From the NCBI GenBank assembly GCA_038279365.1, contig JAYODI010000005.1, positions 1-64,000 on the forward strand: a stretch of 64,000 nucleotides of DNA. Reading direction: 5' to 3'. The translations under genes and the position numbers were made by a program. This DNA is from Candidatus Latescibacterota bacterium. GTDB taxonomy: Bacteria; Latescibacterota; UBA2968. Positions 1 through 8,631 of this stretch are shown here, piece by piece (within the stretch, counting starts at the first letter, position 1; each line of letters begins with the position of its first letter). The notes below the pieces were generated by a model. The model had not been told where the DNA came from. It did no database searches and saw only the letters and a list, made by a program, of their open reading frames with translations.

Positions 1-18
1 AGTTGGCCTTTTTTAACG

Positions 19-360
19 CTATTCCTCAAAGTTGCACTTATAACTTGAATTCAATTCCTTTTTTAAAGCATCAAACGATTCATATCCTCTAATTTGAATC
101 AACCGTGGATTTGCACGTATATAGTCACCATCGGGCGTTGTTTGATAAATACATTCAATCGCATTTTCAAAAATACTGCGAAACTGCACTTCTGCTTGCT
201 TCAAATCTTCATGCGTTTGAAACAGTTCACGAGACTTAACCTCTAATAATTCTTCGGCACGCAACCGAGCCTTTTTTTCTCGTTCTCTTGCTTTTCGATA
301 TCGTTCAACTTCTTTTTCTAAAGCATTTATATGAGTGGCCAGATCGTCTTGATTATTCAT
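19..360 (-). CDS. Coiled-coil + partial PAS protein (N-terminus of a sensor kinase/cyclase; probably truncated)
   Basis: Coiled coil REREKKARLRAEELLE, then a PAS start FRSIFENAIECIYQTTPDG..ANP..GY; stops mid-PAS; lies directly downstream of the H-NOX gene. Confidence 0.6.
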   Translation of the reverse strand: MNNQDDLATHINALEKEVERYRKAREREKKARLRAEELLEVKSRELFQTHEDLKQAEVQFRSIFENAIECIYQTTPDGDYIRANPRLIQIRGYESFDALKKELNSSYKCNFEE

Positions 361-371
361 AGTTCAATCCT

Positions 372-923
372 TTAAACAGCACCCAAAAAGGTAATTTCAA
401 ATCGGTAATGCATATCTTCGCCTTGCCCCACCTCAATGGTCTTCCTGTCTATCTTCTCTGCAAACAGCTTTGCAGCCCCATCTATCAGTCCTTCAGCCAC
501 CGTTGGCATTTTTCTTTTAGATCGATAAATCATCACCAATTGATTTGGGGTAGGTTCCTCATATTCAAAAACAGGTAAGGTTGCATCACTATATAGCTTT
601 TTAACTTCCACATGAATAATCCCATGAACACCCTTAAGAAATTCTTTGAGTGTTGTTCCTGGCTTCACACTATCGGGATAAACTTTTGTCAGAGGCTCCA
701 ATGCATATTCACCATAAGCTCTCAAGAGATCGTTCACTTCAATGCCTGTCATTTCGGACAATGTAACCACCAAAGAAACCATCTCTGCATCAGCATAGGT
801 ATCGGCACTGGTATATGCACCACCCGACTCAGGATTGACGCGATCCAATAAGTCATCCCATACATCAAGACCAAATTTCTCCTCTACCAATGTATTAAAA
901 ACATTAAACATGATGCCCTTCAT
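372..923 (-). CDS. Heme NO-binding (H-NOX/HNOB) protein
   Basis: MKGIMF N-terminus, proximal His in IHVEVKKLY, conserved Pro (ATLP), YxSxR motif (YRSKR), GLIDGAA. Confidence 0.9.
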   Translation of the reverse strand: MKGIMFNVFNTLVEEKFGLDVWDDLLDRVNPESGGAYTSADTYADAEMVSLVVTLSEMTGIEVNDLLRAYGEYALEPLTKVYPDSVKPGTTLKEFLKGVHGIIHVEVKKLYSDATLPVFEYEEPTPNQLVMIYRSKRKMPTVAEGLIDGAAKLFAEKIDRKTIEVGQGEDMHYRFEITFLGAV

Positions 924-938
924 ACTTATCCTCCAGTT

Positions 939-1505
939 TTAATGCTGATGTAACAAATTTTGGACTTTACTGATTAAAACTTCATTTTCAAAGGGTTTTT
1001 GCAACAAGTCATCTGCCCCCGCTTCTACGGCTGCCTCCAAGTCTGACAATGGCAATGCAGACACCACCAAAACACGCGTTTTTTCTAAGGCTTCACAGTC
1101 GCGAATAAATTTTAGAACTTCACGCCCAGAAATAGCAGGCATGCTCAGGTCAAGTGTCACAACATGGGGCAAAAATGTACCCAACAAAGCCCCTGCAAAA
1201 AAGCCATCAGGTGCAATAAGTGTTTCATATCCCTTGCGTTTGAACACACGACTCATGGCATTGGCCATTGCACTATCATAGTCAATTACCAAAACACGTA
1301 TATTTTGGTCTTCAAAATCTTCTGGAATGGGCATTTTATTCGCCCGAAGAAATTGTATAAAATCTTCTATTTCTACACGATTGTCACCACGTCCAGGCAA
1401 TTGGTAGGCCTTAAGATGCCCTCTTTCGATCCACCGAATCACCGTGCGAAAGTTGACACCACAATATTTTGCTACTTCCCCAGTTGTAAGTACCCGCTTG
1501 TCCAT
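939..1505 (-). CDS. Response regulator with N-terminal excisionase/MerR-like HTH and C-terminal receiver
   Basis: LTTGEVAKYCGVNFRTVIRWIERGHLKAYQLPG; receiver motifs LDLSMP and KPF. Confidence 0.88.
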   Translation of the reverse strand: MDKRVLTTGEVAKYCGVNFRTVIRWIERGHLKAYQLPGRGDNRVEIEDFIQFLRANKMPIPEDFEDQNIRVLVIDYDSAMANAMSRVFKRKGYETLIAPDGFFAGALLGTFLPHVVTLDLSMPAISGREVLKFIRDCEALEKTRVLVVSALPLSDLEAAVEAGADDLLQKPFENEVLISKVQNLLHQH

Positions 1506-1526
1506 ATCTTCCCCTTCAAACCAAAT

Positions 1527-2747
1527 CTAAACCTTCACCTGCTGAATATGCTCTTTCAACTCTTGCAATTGTATTTTGCTCATATTTAACGCTTCCCAAA
1601 TTTTTTGATCAACTTTAGGCTTTTCAAAATTACCACTTGAACCTTGCCCAAATTGTTGAACCAAGGCATTGGCCACATGCACAATATCCAAAACTTTATT
1701 GGGAGTTGCAATCATATGGGGGTGATGATGCCAACGAATCACTTCAACAAGAGCAGGCGATAAATCCCACAACTGAGCCAAATAACTCCCCGTTTCCATG
1801 TGTGTTGTATGCATCACTTTTTTTTCTGCATCACGCAGTGTCACCTGTTGTGCCTGTGCCCAGTCAACGGCATCAACAAACCCTTGGTGAAGATAACAAT
1901 CTTCAAAAAGTTTTCCCAAATCGTGCAGAAGACCTGCTGTAAAAGCCCTGTCTGAAAGTTGATCTCCCAATCCCAAATGTTTGCCCAACCATCTTGAAGC
2001 CAACCCACAAGCCAACGAATGTTGCCAAAAACCATCACGTGAATACCCTTTGGGTTCTTGCAGTTCCGTTTTTATCGCATCAAAAACAGACATAGACAAT
2101 ACAAGACCTTGTACCATTTCAATACCCAAAACCACAACCGCACGCTGAACATGATCCACATGAGCGCGTTGGCCAAAAATGGCCGAATTTGCCCATTTGA
2201 GCAAACGCACCGATATAGAAGGGTCTTGCTCGATAATCTGCCCAATAGACTTCATAGACAAATCATCCGATTTAGCAAGTGCCTCTTTAATTTCTAAATA
2301 AATTTGAGGTAATGTGGGCAAAGACTGAACATCTGAAAATGTATTGCGCAACCAACTGCCAGCATCATTGTGCATATCACCTTGATCGAGAAACTTATTC
2401 AATAAAGCTTTTAATTCCTCTGGGTCCCAAGGTTTCATAAGCATTTGATGTGCAACTTCATTTTGCAACATGGAAGCCACTGTATTCTTATCTGCATCCC
2501 CAGTCAAAATCACGCGAACAGTCTCTGGATAGACCTCTGTAACTTGTTTCAAAAATACAGAACCATCCATGTCTGGCATACGCATGTCAGAAACCACAAG
2601 ATCCACTTTTTGTTGTTGCATGATTTGCAAGCCTTCATTGGCGTTATTCGCAAAAAGCGTCAGCCAAGGCTCCTTTCTCATCAACCGTCTAAGAGACGAC
2701 AAAATATTTTGTTCATCATCGACAAAAAGAATGGTGTGTGGGTGCAT
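1527..2747 (-). CDS. Receiver + HDOD domain signalling protein
   Basis: ILFVDDE..SDMRMP..KPW receiver; LPTLP, EQDP, ANSA, FWQHS, AGLLHDLGK, HHHP HDOD motifs; start chosen at 2747 behind a GAGGA RBS. Confidence 0.9.
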   Translation of the reverse strand: MHPHTILFVDDEQNILSSLRRLMRKEPWLTLFANNANEGLQIMQQQKVDLVVSDMRMPDMDGSVFLKQVTEVYPETVRVILTGDADKNTVASMLQNEVAHQMLMKPWDPEELKALLNKFLDQGDMHNDAGSWLRNTFSDVQSLPTLPQIYLEIKEALAKSDDLSMKSIGQIIEQDPSISVRLLKWANSAIFGQRAHVDHVQRAVVVLGIEMVQGLVLSMSVFDAIKTELQEPKGYSRDGFWQHSLACGLASRWLGKHLGLGDQLSDRAFTAGLLHDLGKLFEDCYLHQGFVDAVDWAQAQQVTLRDAEKKVMHTTHMETGSYLAQLWDLSPALVEVIRWHHHPHMIATPNKVLDIVHVANALVQQFGQGSSGNFEKPKVDQKIWEALNMSKIQLQELKEHIQQVKV

Positions 2748-2781
2748 GGATCTATCCTCAAAACACAAATCATTCATACTG

Positions 2782-2832
2782 TGACTTTACTGACATACAT
2801 GACAAATATCCCAAATTTCGACCAAAATGACA
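2782..2832. promoter_or_regulatory. Phased (T/C)GAC direct-repeat array, putative operator
   Basis: TGAC at 2782, 2791 and 2800, CGAC at 2819, TGAC at 2828 (about 9-bp period) upstream of the signalling operon. Confidence 0.45.
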
Positions 2833-2908
2833 ACCATAAAATGAAAAAATATTATAAAAACAAATAGTTGTTAATAAATATATTACAAAAATTCAATTCA
2901 TTTTTATT

Positions 2909-2954
2909 AAAAAAATGCCCAACATTATCATCTTTCGACAATCATGTTGGGCGT
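2909..2954 (-). terminator. Intrinsic terminator
   Basis: acgcccaacat...atgttgggcat stem followed by a T-tract on the minus strand. Confidence 0.6.
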
Positions 2955-2987
2955 TCATAACAAGTGGCCAAGAGTAGCCGATCAAAC

Positions 2988-3974
2988 TTAAAATCTATAT
3001 TGCCATCCCAATGTCATATGGAAGTCGACCTCCAATTGTGGACCATCCAGCGACTGATACACAGGCATCCCAACCTCCATCGCCAAGCGGTGACTGCTCG
3101 GCAATAAAACATTGATCCCTACCAAGCCATCAATCCGCTTTCCGCCTCGCAGATTGGAATTGGCTGTCGGCACCATCATAGGATTGAGCGCAACATCTGC
3201 ACCATCCACATTGCCCCAAGAATTGGCAGCCACACGCCCAGAAATACTCACACGATTGGCCAACAAATAGGCCGCCCAAACATCTGCACCCAACTGATTG
3301 CCCAAAGTATAATCACGGTCATTATCCCCCACGCGAATCAACGCATGGATCTGTGCCCCATAAGACCAAGACGCCATTTGACCCGCGCCCGTTAAACCAA
3401 AACGCGCATCAAATGTACCCGAACCCAACTGCATCGGATAAGGCAACTGTTGATTCGTGCCCATAGGGGTATCTCCAGTTTCATCAATACCACCCGTAGG
3501 AAAGTTGAGCCCCACATGTGCATGAATGCGGTTTCCTTCTAAAGCATAAAGAGGCACCAAGGCCGTCAACTTCACATCACCCAGACCTTGTGTTTTTGTG
3601 GTAAAGGCAATCCCCATGCGTGTGCGATGATCCATCTCCATTACCACATAAGGCAACATCGCCATCAACGTCACCCAATCTGATGGTGCAAACATGGCTC
3701 CAACCATATGCATTTGCATCGTCATCTGCAATGGTGTCACCATAAACCGCGTCAACACATCGGCCTCAGAAACCGTCGAAGTCCCCTCTCGGTTGCCATC
3801 CATGCCCATAACCATATACCGATAAGAAAACATCCACTCACCCTTTTGGTGCACATGATCGCCCATCACACCCCTGGGTGCATGCGCATCTGGGCGTGAC
3901 GATTCCCAATCGTGTGCTTGAGCAGATACAGAAACCAACACACCGAACAATACAATCCAAATATGGTTCATCAT
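2988..3974 (-). CDS. Outer-membrane beta-barrel transporter, His/Met-rich (putative metal uptake)
   Basis: Signal peptide (AQA), RPDAHAPxGVMGDHVH, GLGD, QLGSGTFD, C-terminal aromatic GWQYRF. Confidence 0.7.
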   Translation of the reverse strand: MMNHIWIVLFGVLVSVSAQAHDWESSRPDAHAPRGVMGDHVHQKGEWMFSYRYMVMGMDGNREGTSTVSEADVLTRFMVTPLQMTMQMHMVGAMFAPSDWVTLMAMLPYVVMEMDHRTRMGIAFTTKTQGLGDVKLTALVPLYALEGNRIHAHVGLNFPTGGIDETGDTPMGTNQQLPYPMQLGSGTFDARFGLTGAGQMASWSYGAQIHALIRVGDNDRDYTLGNQLGADVWAAYLLANRVSISGRVAANSWGNVDGADVALNPMMVPTANSNLRGGKRIDGLVGINVLLPSSHRLAMEVGMPVYQSLDGPQLEVDFHMTLGWQYRF

Positions 3975-4018
3975 TATTCTCCTAAAATTGTAAGCGAAAA
4001 AATATGTACACACTTCAC

Positions 4019-4048
4019 TTTAGGGAATAGGCAGACCTATTCCCTAAA
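4019..4048. repeat. Perfect hairpin / REP-like palindrome
   Basis: tttagggaatagg-caga-cctattccctaaa, 13-bp stem. Confidence 0.6.
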
Positions 4049-4093
4049 CAAATCGAATCAATCGACTTGAGGATACGTGCAAAACGCAACAAA

Positions 4094-4573
4094 TTAGGAA
4101 AATAGAATCGGAATTTTATCGGGAGGGTCGATCTTCCAATTTGAAAAATTGCAAGACGATAAAGGAAGGAAACATAAAAAAACAAGCGTCAGCAAAAGCA
4201 AAGGGGCATTTGCCAACAGATGAAACAAGGGTGCAGATTTGATACCCTCACCCTGATCGGGAAATCCACCCGCACAAAAAGACGCGGCCAAATAAGACAG
4301 AGTAGTCGACAAATTTGATACTGTGGCATCCACACGAAAACCATGGACCTCACTCACCGTTTTACCCGTACAACAACAGATGCGACCAGGATCATTTACA
4401 TCGCACCCACACCCCATTGCCACACAATTGGGAGCCGCATCTTCAACCTCAACGGTAGACATCAGACCATCGGCTAATACGAACAACAATTGAGTCGATG
4501 CAAAAACATACCAAAGCGTCAACAACAAAACGACGCCAGACCGCCAAATAGAGATAGAAAATGCAGATTTCAT
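4094..4573 (-). CDS. Cys-rich membrane/exported small protein with Pro-rich C-terminus
   Basis: N-terminal hydrophobic helix, CVAMGCGC..ICCC cluster, ends IDPPDKIPILFS. Confidence 0.65.
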   Translation of the reverse strand: MKSAFSISIWRSGVVLLLTLWYVFASTQLLFVLADGLMSTVEVEDAAPNCVAMGCGCDVNDPGRICCCTGKTVSEVHGFRVDATVSNLSTTLSYLAASFCAGGFPDQGEGIKSAPLFHLLANAPLLLLTLVFLCFLPLSSCNFSNWKIDPPDKIPILFS

Positions 4574-4590
4574 ACTGAGATATGCTTTAA

Positions 4591-4611
4591 AATTTCTAAT
4601 GATTACTTTAC
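4591..4611. promoter_or_regulatory. Zur/Fur-like palindrome (TAATnATTA core)
   Basis: ctaatgattac centred at 4601, about 28 nt upstream of the start at 4573. Confidence 0.4.
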
Positions 4612-4739
4612 AAGAAGATATGAAGAAAATGGAATTTAAAGCCTATTTGGAACAAAAAAACGGTCTCCAATAACATATCTCCCGACAATTCTACAAAGTG
4701 ATAGAAATGTGCACTTTTGTCAAGAAATCGAATCGCGAT

Positions 4740-5789
4740 TTAATCGGCAAAAGCCGCGTTTAAATTCTGCCGTCGTAAAATCACCCAAATGACCACAGGT
4801 GCACCAATCAAAGACGTCACCGCATTGAGTGGCAGTGTGGCCTGACTGCCAGGCATCCGTGCAATCACATCGGCAAACAACGCCAATGTCGCCCCCAACA
4901 GCGTTACGGCTGGCATCAACAAACGATGATCAGATGTATTGAGCAAACTGCGACACAAATGCGGCACCGCCAATCCCAAAAATGCAATAGGACCACAAAA
5001 AGCCGTTGTCACGCCCGCCAAAATAGAAGCCCCCGCAAGCGTCCAAATCCTAACCCGTTTGACAGGCACCCCCATACTCTGTGCATATTTCTCACCCAGC
5101 AACAACGCATTTAACGGCTTTACTGTCAAAAACGCCAACAACAACCCCAAACCAATCGCAGGTGCAAACACCGCCATTTGTCGCCACGTTACCCCGCCAA
5201 AACTGCCAAAGGTCCAAATAATAAACGCCTGGATTTGCTCGGGAATGCTAAAATAAAGCAACACACTCACAAAAGCACTTGTGGCGTAGCCAAACATCAG
5301 CCCCAAAATCAACAACGTCATCACACTTTGCACTTTGCGTGAAATGAGCAACACGCAACCCAACACCGCCGCCGCACCCAAACTGGCCGCAAACGCCAAA
5401 CTCAAATCACCCAATACACCCAACCCCGCCAACAGTGCACTGCCCACAGAACCCACAGCCAACACCACAATGGCCACCCCCAAACTTGCGCCAGAATTAA
5501 TGCCCAACACAAAAGGATCGGCCAACGGATTGCGAAACAGCGTTTGCATTTGCAACCCACTTACCGACAATGCCGCCCCCGCCAACATCGCCGTAATCGC
5601 CTTGGGCAGTCGAATGGTATGCACAATGATCGCCCAGGCGGGCTTCTCCCCCTCCCCCCCCAACAATACCGACACAACATCACCCACAGGAATATGTACA
5701 GAGCCCAATGACAAACTCAGGGCAAATACAACCAACAACACAAAACCCAAACCCACAATTAAAAACCCATGCGATAAAAATGTCATCAT
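4740..5789 (-). CDS. btuC: Cobalamin/Fe-siderophore ABC permease (BtuC/FecCD)
   Basis: IRLPKAITA, QTLFRNPLADP, GEKYAQSMG, GPIAFLGLAVPH; last gene of the riboswitch operon. Confidence 0.85.
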   Translation of the reverse strand: MMTFLSHGFLIVGLGFVLLVVFALSLSLGSVHIPVGDVVSVLLGGEGEKPAWAIIVHTIRLPKAITAMLAGAALSVSGLQMQTLFRNPLADPFVLGINSGASLGVAIVVLAVGSVGSALLAGLGVLGDLSLAFAASLGAAAVLGCVLLISRKVQSVMTLLILGLMFGYATSAFVSVLLYFSIPEQIQAFIIWTFGSFGGVTWRQMAVFAPAIGLGLLLAFLTVKPLNALLLGEKYAQSMGVPVKRVRIWTLAGASILAGVTTAFCGPIAFLGLAVPHLCRSLLNTSDHRLLMPAVTLLGATLALFADVIARMPGSQATLPLNAVTSLIGAPVVIWVILRRQNLNAAFAD

Positions 5790-7265
5790 TCAAACCCCAT
5801 CCAAATCCAAAATACGCGCCAGCAAATCACCATCCATCGCCGCATCAACCGCATCGGCCAAACGATCATAATCGGGTAATGCACGATCTGATTCACCCCA
5901 ACACCAACCCAACTGTGTTAACCAGTCCTGTCGAAAATCATCATTATCAAACACACCGTGAACATACGTCCCCCACACCTTTTTGTCTGCCCGAACGGCG
6001 CCATCCAACACATAAACAGACTGCCCACCCCGCTTGATAATCACACCAAAAGGATCAACGCCATCGTCCAATGTTGTTTCACCCACATGAATTTCGTATC
6101 CCTGTAACTGTGTGCCATCCATTCGCTTCAAACACACTTGGTGCGTCTGTTTGGCCAACTCAAAACGTGTCTCTATCGGCAATAAATGTAATCCATCCAC
6201 AACCGTTGACGATGCACCTTCCACGCCCAAATCATCCACCAACCGTCGCCCCAGCATTTGATACCCACCACAAATGCCCACCACCTGAGTGCCTGCTCGA
6301 CACGCTCTCAAAATCGCCTGATCCAAACCAACCTGCTGCAACCACACCAAATCAGACATCGTCGCCTTTGTTCCCGGTAAAATAATCGCATTGGGCTTTC
6401 CCAAATGCGCCCGATCATGCACAAAACGCACTTGCACATTGGCCGTATGTTTCAACGGATTAAAATCGTCAAAATTGGCAATATGCGGCAAATGGATCAC
6501 CGCAATATCAATCTGTGCGTCTTTCGTCTCACCCACATCATCCAAAACCACCGCATCTTCATCGGCAATATTCAACCCTTGCAAAAACGGCACCACACCC
6601 AACGTGGGAACACCAAAGGCTTTCTCACGCAAATCTTCCAACGCATTGCCCAATAAAGAGGCATCCCCCCGAAATTTATTGATCAAAAATGCCTGAATTT
6701 GCAACCGTTCCTCAGGCTCCAACAGCAACATCGTTCCCGCCAATGCGGCAAACACACCGCCCCGATCAATGTCACCCACAAGCAAACACGGCGCGTTTGC
6801 ATAACGCGCCATGTTCAAATTCACAATATCGCCGTCTTTCAAATTGATCTCTGCCGGACTACCCGCCCCCTCCAACACAATTACATCAAACCGACTCGCC
6901 AACCGATCATAAGCCGCTTGCACGGCCTCCCACAACTCCACCTTAATCCGTCGCCAATTCTTTGTATCCAAGTGCCCATACACTTTGCCATTCAACACAA
7001 TCTGACTGCGATGATCGGCCTGAGGTTTGAGCAAAATCGGATTCATATCGGTGTGTGGCAAAATGCCCGCTGCCTCAGCCTGCACAATCTGCGCCCGCCC
7101 CATTTCACCACCTTCGGGTGTTACGCCAGCATTGTTGCTCATGTTTTGCGCCTTAAATGGCGCCACCTTATACCCTTGCCGAGCAAACAAACGACAAAAT
7201 GCCGTCGCCATCAAACTCTTGCCCGCATTGGAATGTGTGCCCAAAAGCATCAAACTTTTTGCCAT
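5790..7265 (-). CDS. cobQ: Cobyric acid synthase
   Basis: [52 protein letters not shown]. Confidence 0.95.
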   Translation of the reverse strand: MAKSLMLLGTHSNAGKSLMATAFCRLFARQGYKVAPFKAQNMSNNAGVTPEGGEMGRAQIVQAEAAGILPHTDMNPILLKPQADHRSQIVLNGKVYGHLDTKNWRRIKVELWEAVQAAYDRLASRFDVIVLEGAGSPAEINLKDGDIVNLNMARYANAPCLLVGDIDRGGVFAALAGTMLLLEPEERLQIQAFLINKFRGDASLLGNALEDLREKAFGVPTLGVVPFLQGLNIADEDAVVLDDVGETKDAQIDIAVIHLPHIANFDDFNPLKHTANVQVRFVHDRAHLGKPNAIILPGTKATMSDLVWLQQVGLDQAILRACRAGTQVVGICGGYQMLGRRLVDDLGVEGASSTVVDGLHLLPIETRFELAKQTHQVCLKRMDGTQLQGYEIHVGETTLDDGVDPFGVIIKRGGQSVYVLDGAVRADKKVWGTYVHGVFDNDDFRQDWLTQLGWCWGESDRALPDYDRLADAVDAAMDGDLLARILDLDGV

Positions 7266-7328
7266 ATGCCATCCACAAAAACCGATCGAAAAAGCCAACA
7301 AACCCGATCCATCGCGTTATTCATAAAC

Positions 7329-8597
7329 TTATCCACCTGTTGCAGAATTAAACTCGGGAACAAATTTCAAAAAGTCGGGAAAGTCAACACGACCATTTCC
7401 ATTCAAATCGAACTTCGCATCAAAACCACTCTCACCTGTTTGTTTTCCAAAAGCATTTGCAAACGCCAAAAAATCGGGAAAGCTTACCACACCATCGCCA
7501 TTAAAATCACCAACCAAAGGACTTTCGGTGCCCAAAAACGCAATCGCCAAAGGGGGCAATCCCGTATTGATCGGACCTGCAATCAACTGATTGGTTTTGA
7601 CATCAAACACCTTCACCCCCCCCGAAGTGGGGTCACTAAAACTCCCCCGATCCAATACATATAACCGCTGATCAAAGACACCCAAACCCGGCACATACCC
7701 ACCCGACAAATCGCTTAAATTTGTCGACACCACCTTGGTGGCCAAATCAAAGCCCACCACAAGGTTGGCAAAATTGGCGTCCGACACAACCACATAACCT
7801 TTATTGCCCGACCCCATCGCCAACGCATTGACATTGCCCCCCAAAGCCAACTCACCAATAGCAACCCCTTCACTCTTCAATGTCACCAAATTAATCACTT
7901 CAAGACCACCATCGGTCAAACTACCAAACGTCTTGACATTGCTCAAAACCCACTTCGTGCCCCACCGTGCAGCCTCACTCGTATTTGCACTCGCCATCAA
8001 AATGCCCTGATTGGCAGGAATGGTGGCATCTTGATCCACAACCTGATCCGTTGTCACATCCACAACTGCAATCAATGAAAAATCGGTTGGTACAAAACCA
8101 TTGTTTTGATCCAAACGCTGGCAGGCCACAAACAAATGATTGTCATAAATAGTCATCTGCGCCATCTCAGGAATGCCATCGGCATCGGCAAAAGCAGACA
8201 AATCTACATGGCCCAATGAATCACCCGTTACAGGATTGACCACCAACAAGTGCTGATGACCATAGCGAGAAATATAGGCCTTACTTTCACTCACAAATGC
8301 GATATCTTGGGGGTTGGTTCCATTGCCCGTTGAATACTGAGTAAGTGGCTTGCTCAAATCACTTTTATCCAACACAATCACATTGTCTTGACCCAAACGG
8401 TTAATGACATAAACCTTATCTTTATACGTGCGCACCACAGCATCAGAGTGAATTGTCAAATGATCATTGCTTGCCACATTGGTACTTAAATCTATGCTCG
8501 AAAAACTGCCACTGCTAAAATCCGTTGTCGTGATCACTGCCTGATTGGCTGCAAAACTTGACGTTGTCATAATCAAAATCATCATCACTAGCTTCAT
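7329..8597 (-). CDS. Secreted YncE/BtuG-like beta-propeller with C-terminal EF-hand/dockerin-like domain
   Basis: Signal peptide, NPQDIAFVSESKAYIS propeller blades, duplicated GDFNGDGVVSFPDFL / DLNGNGRVDFPDFL. Confidence 0.7.
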   Translation of the reverse strand: MKLVMMILIMTTSSFAANQAVITTTDFSSGSFSSIDLSTNVASNDHLTIHSDAVVRTYKDKVYVINRLGQDNVIVLDKSDLSKPLTQYSTGNGTNPQDIAFVSESKAYISRYGHQHLLVVNPVTGDSLGHVDLSAFADADGIPEMAQMTIYDNHLFVACQRLDQNNGFVPTDFSLIAVVDVTTDQVVDQDATIPANQGILMASANTSEAARWGTKWVLSNVKTFGSLTDGGLEVINLVTLKSEGVAIGELALGGNVNALAMGSGNKGYVVVSDANFANLVVGFDLATKVVSTNLSDLSGGYVPGLGVFDQRLYVLDRGSFSDPTSGGVKVFDVKTNQLIAGPINTGLPPLAIAFLGTESPLVGDFNGDGVVSFPDFLAFANAFGKQTGESGFDAKFDLNGNGRVDFPDFLKFVPEFNSATGG

Positions 8598-8631
8598 AAT
8601 GCTTTCCTTCTTTCCATTATCCTACAATGAT

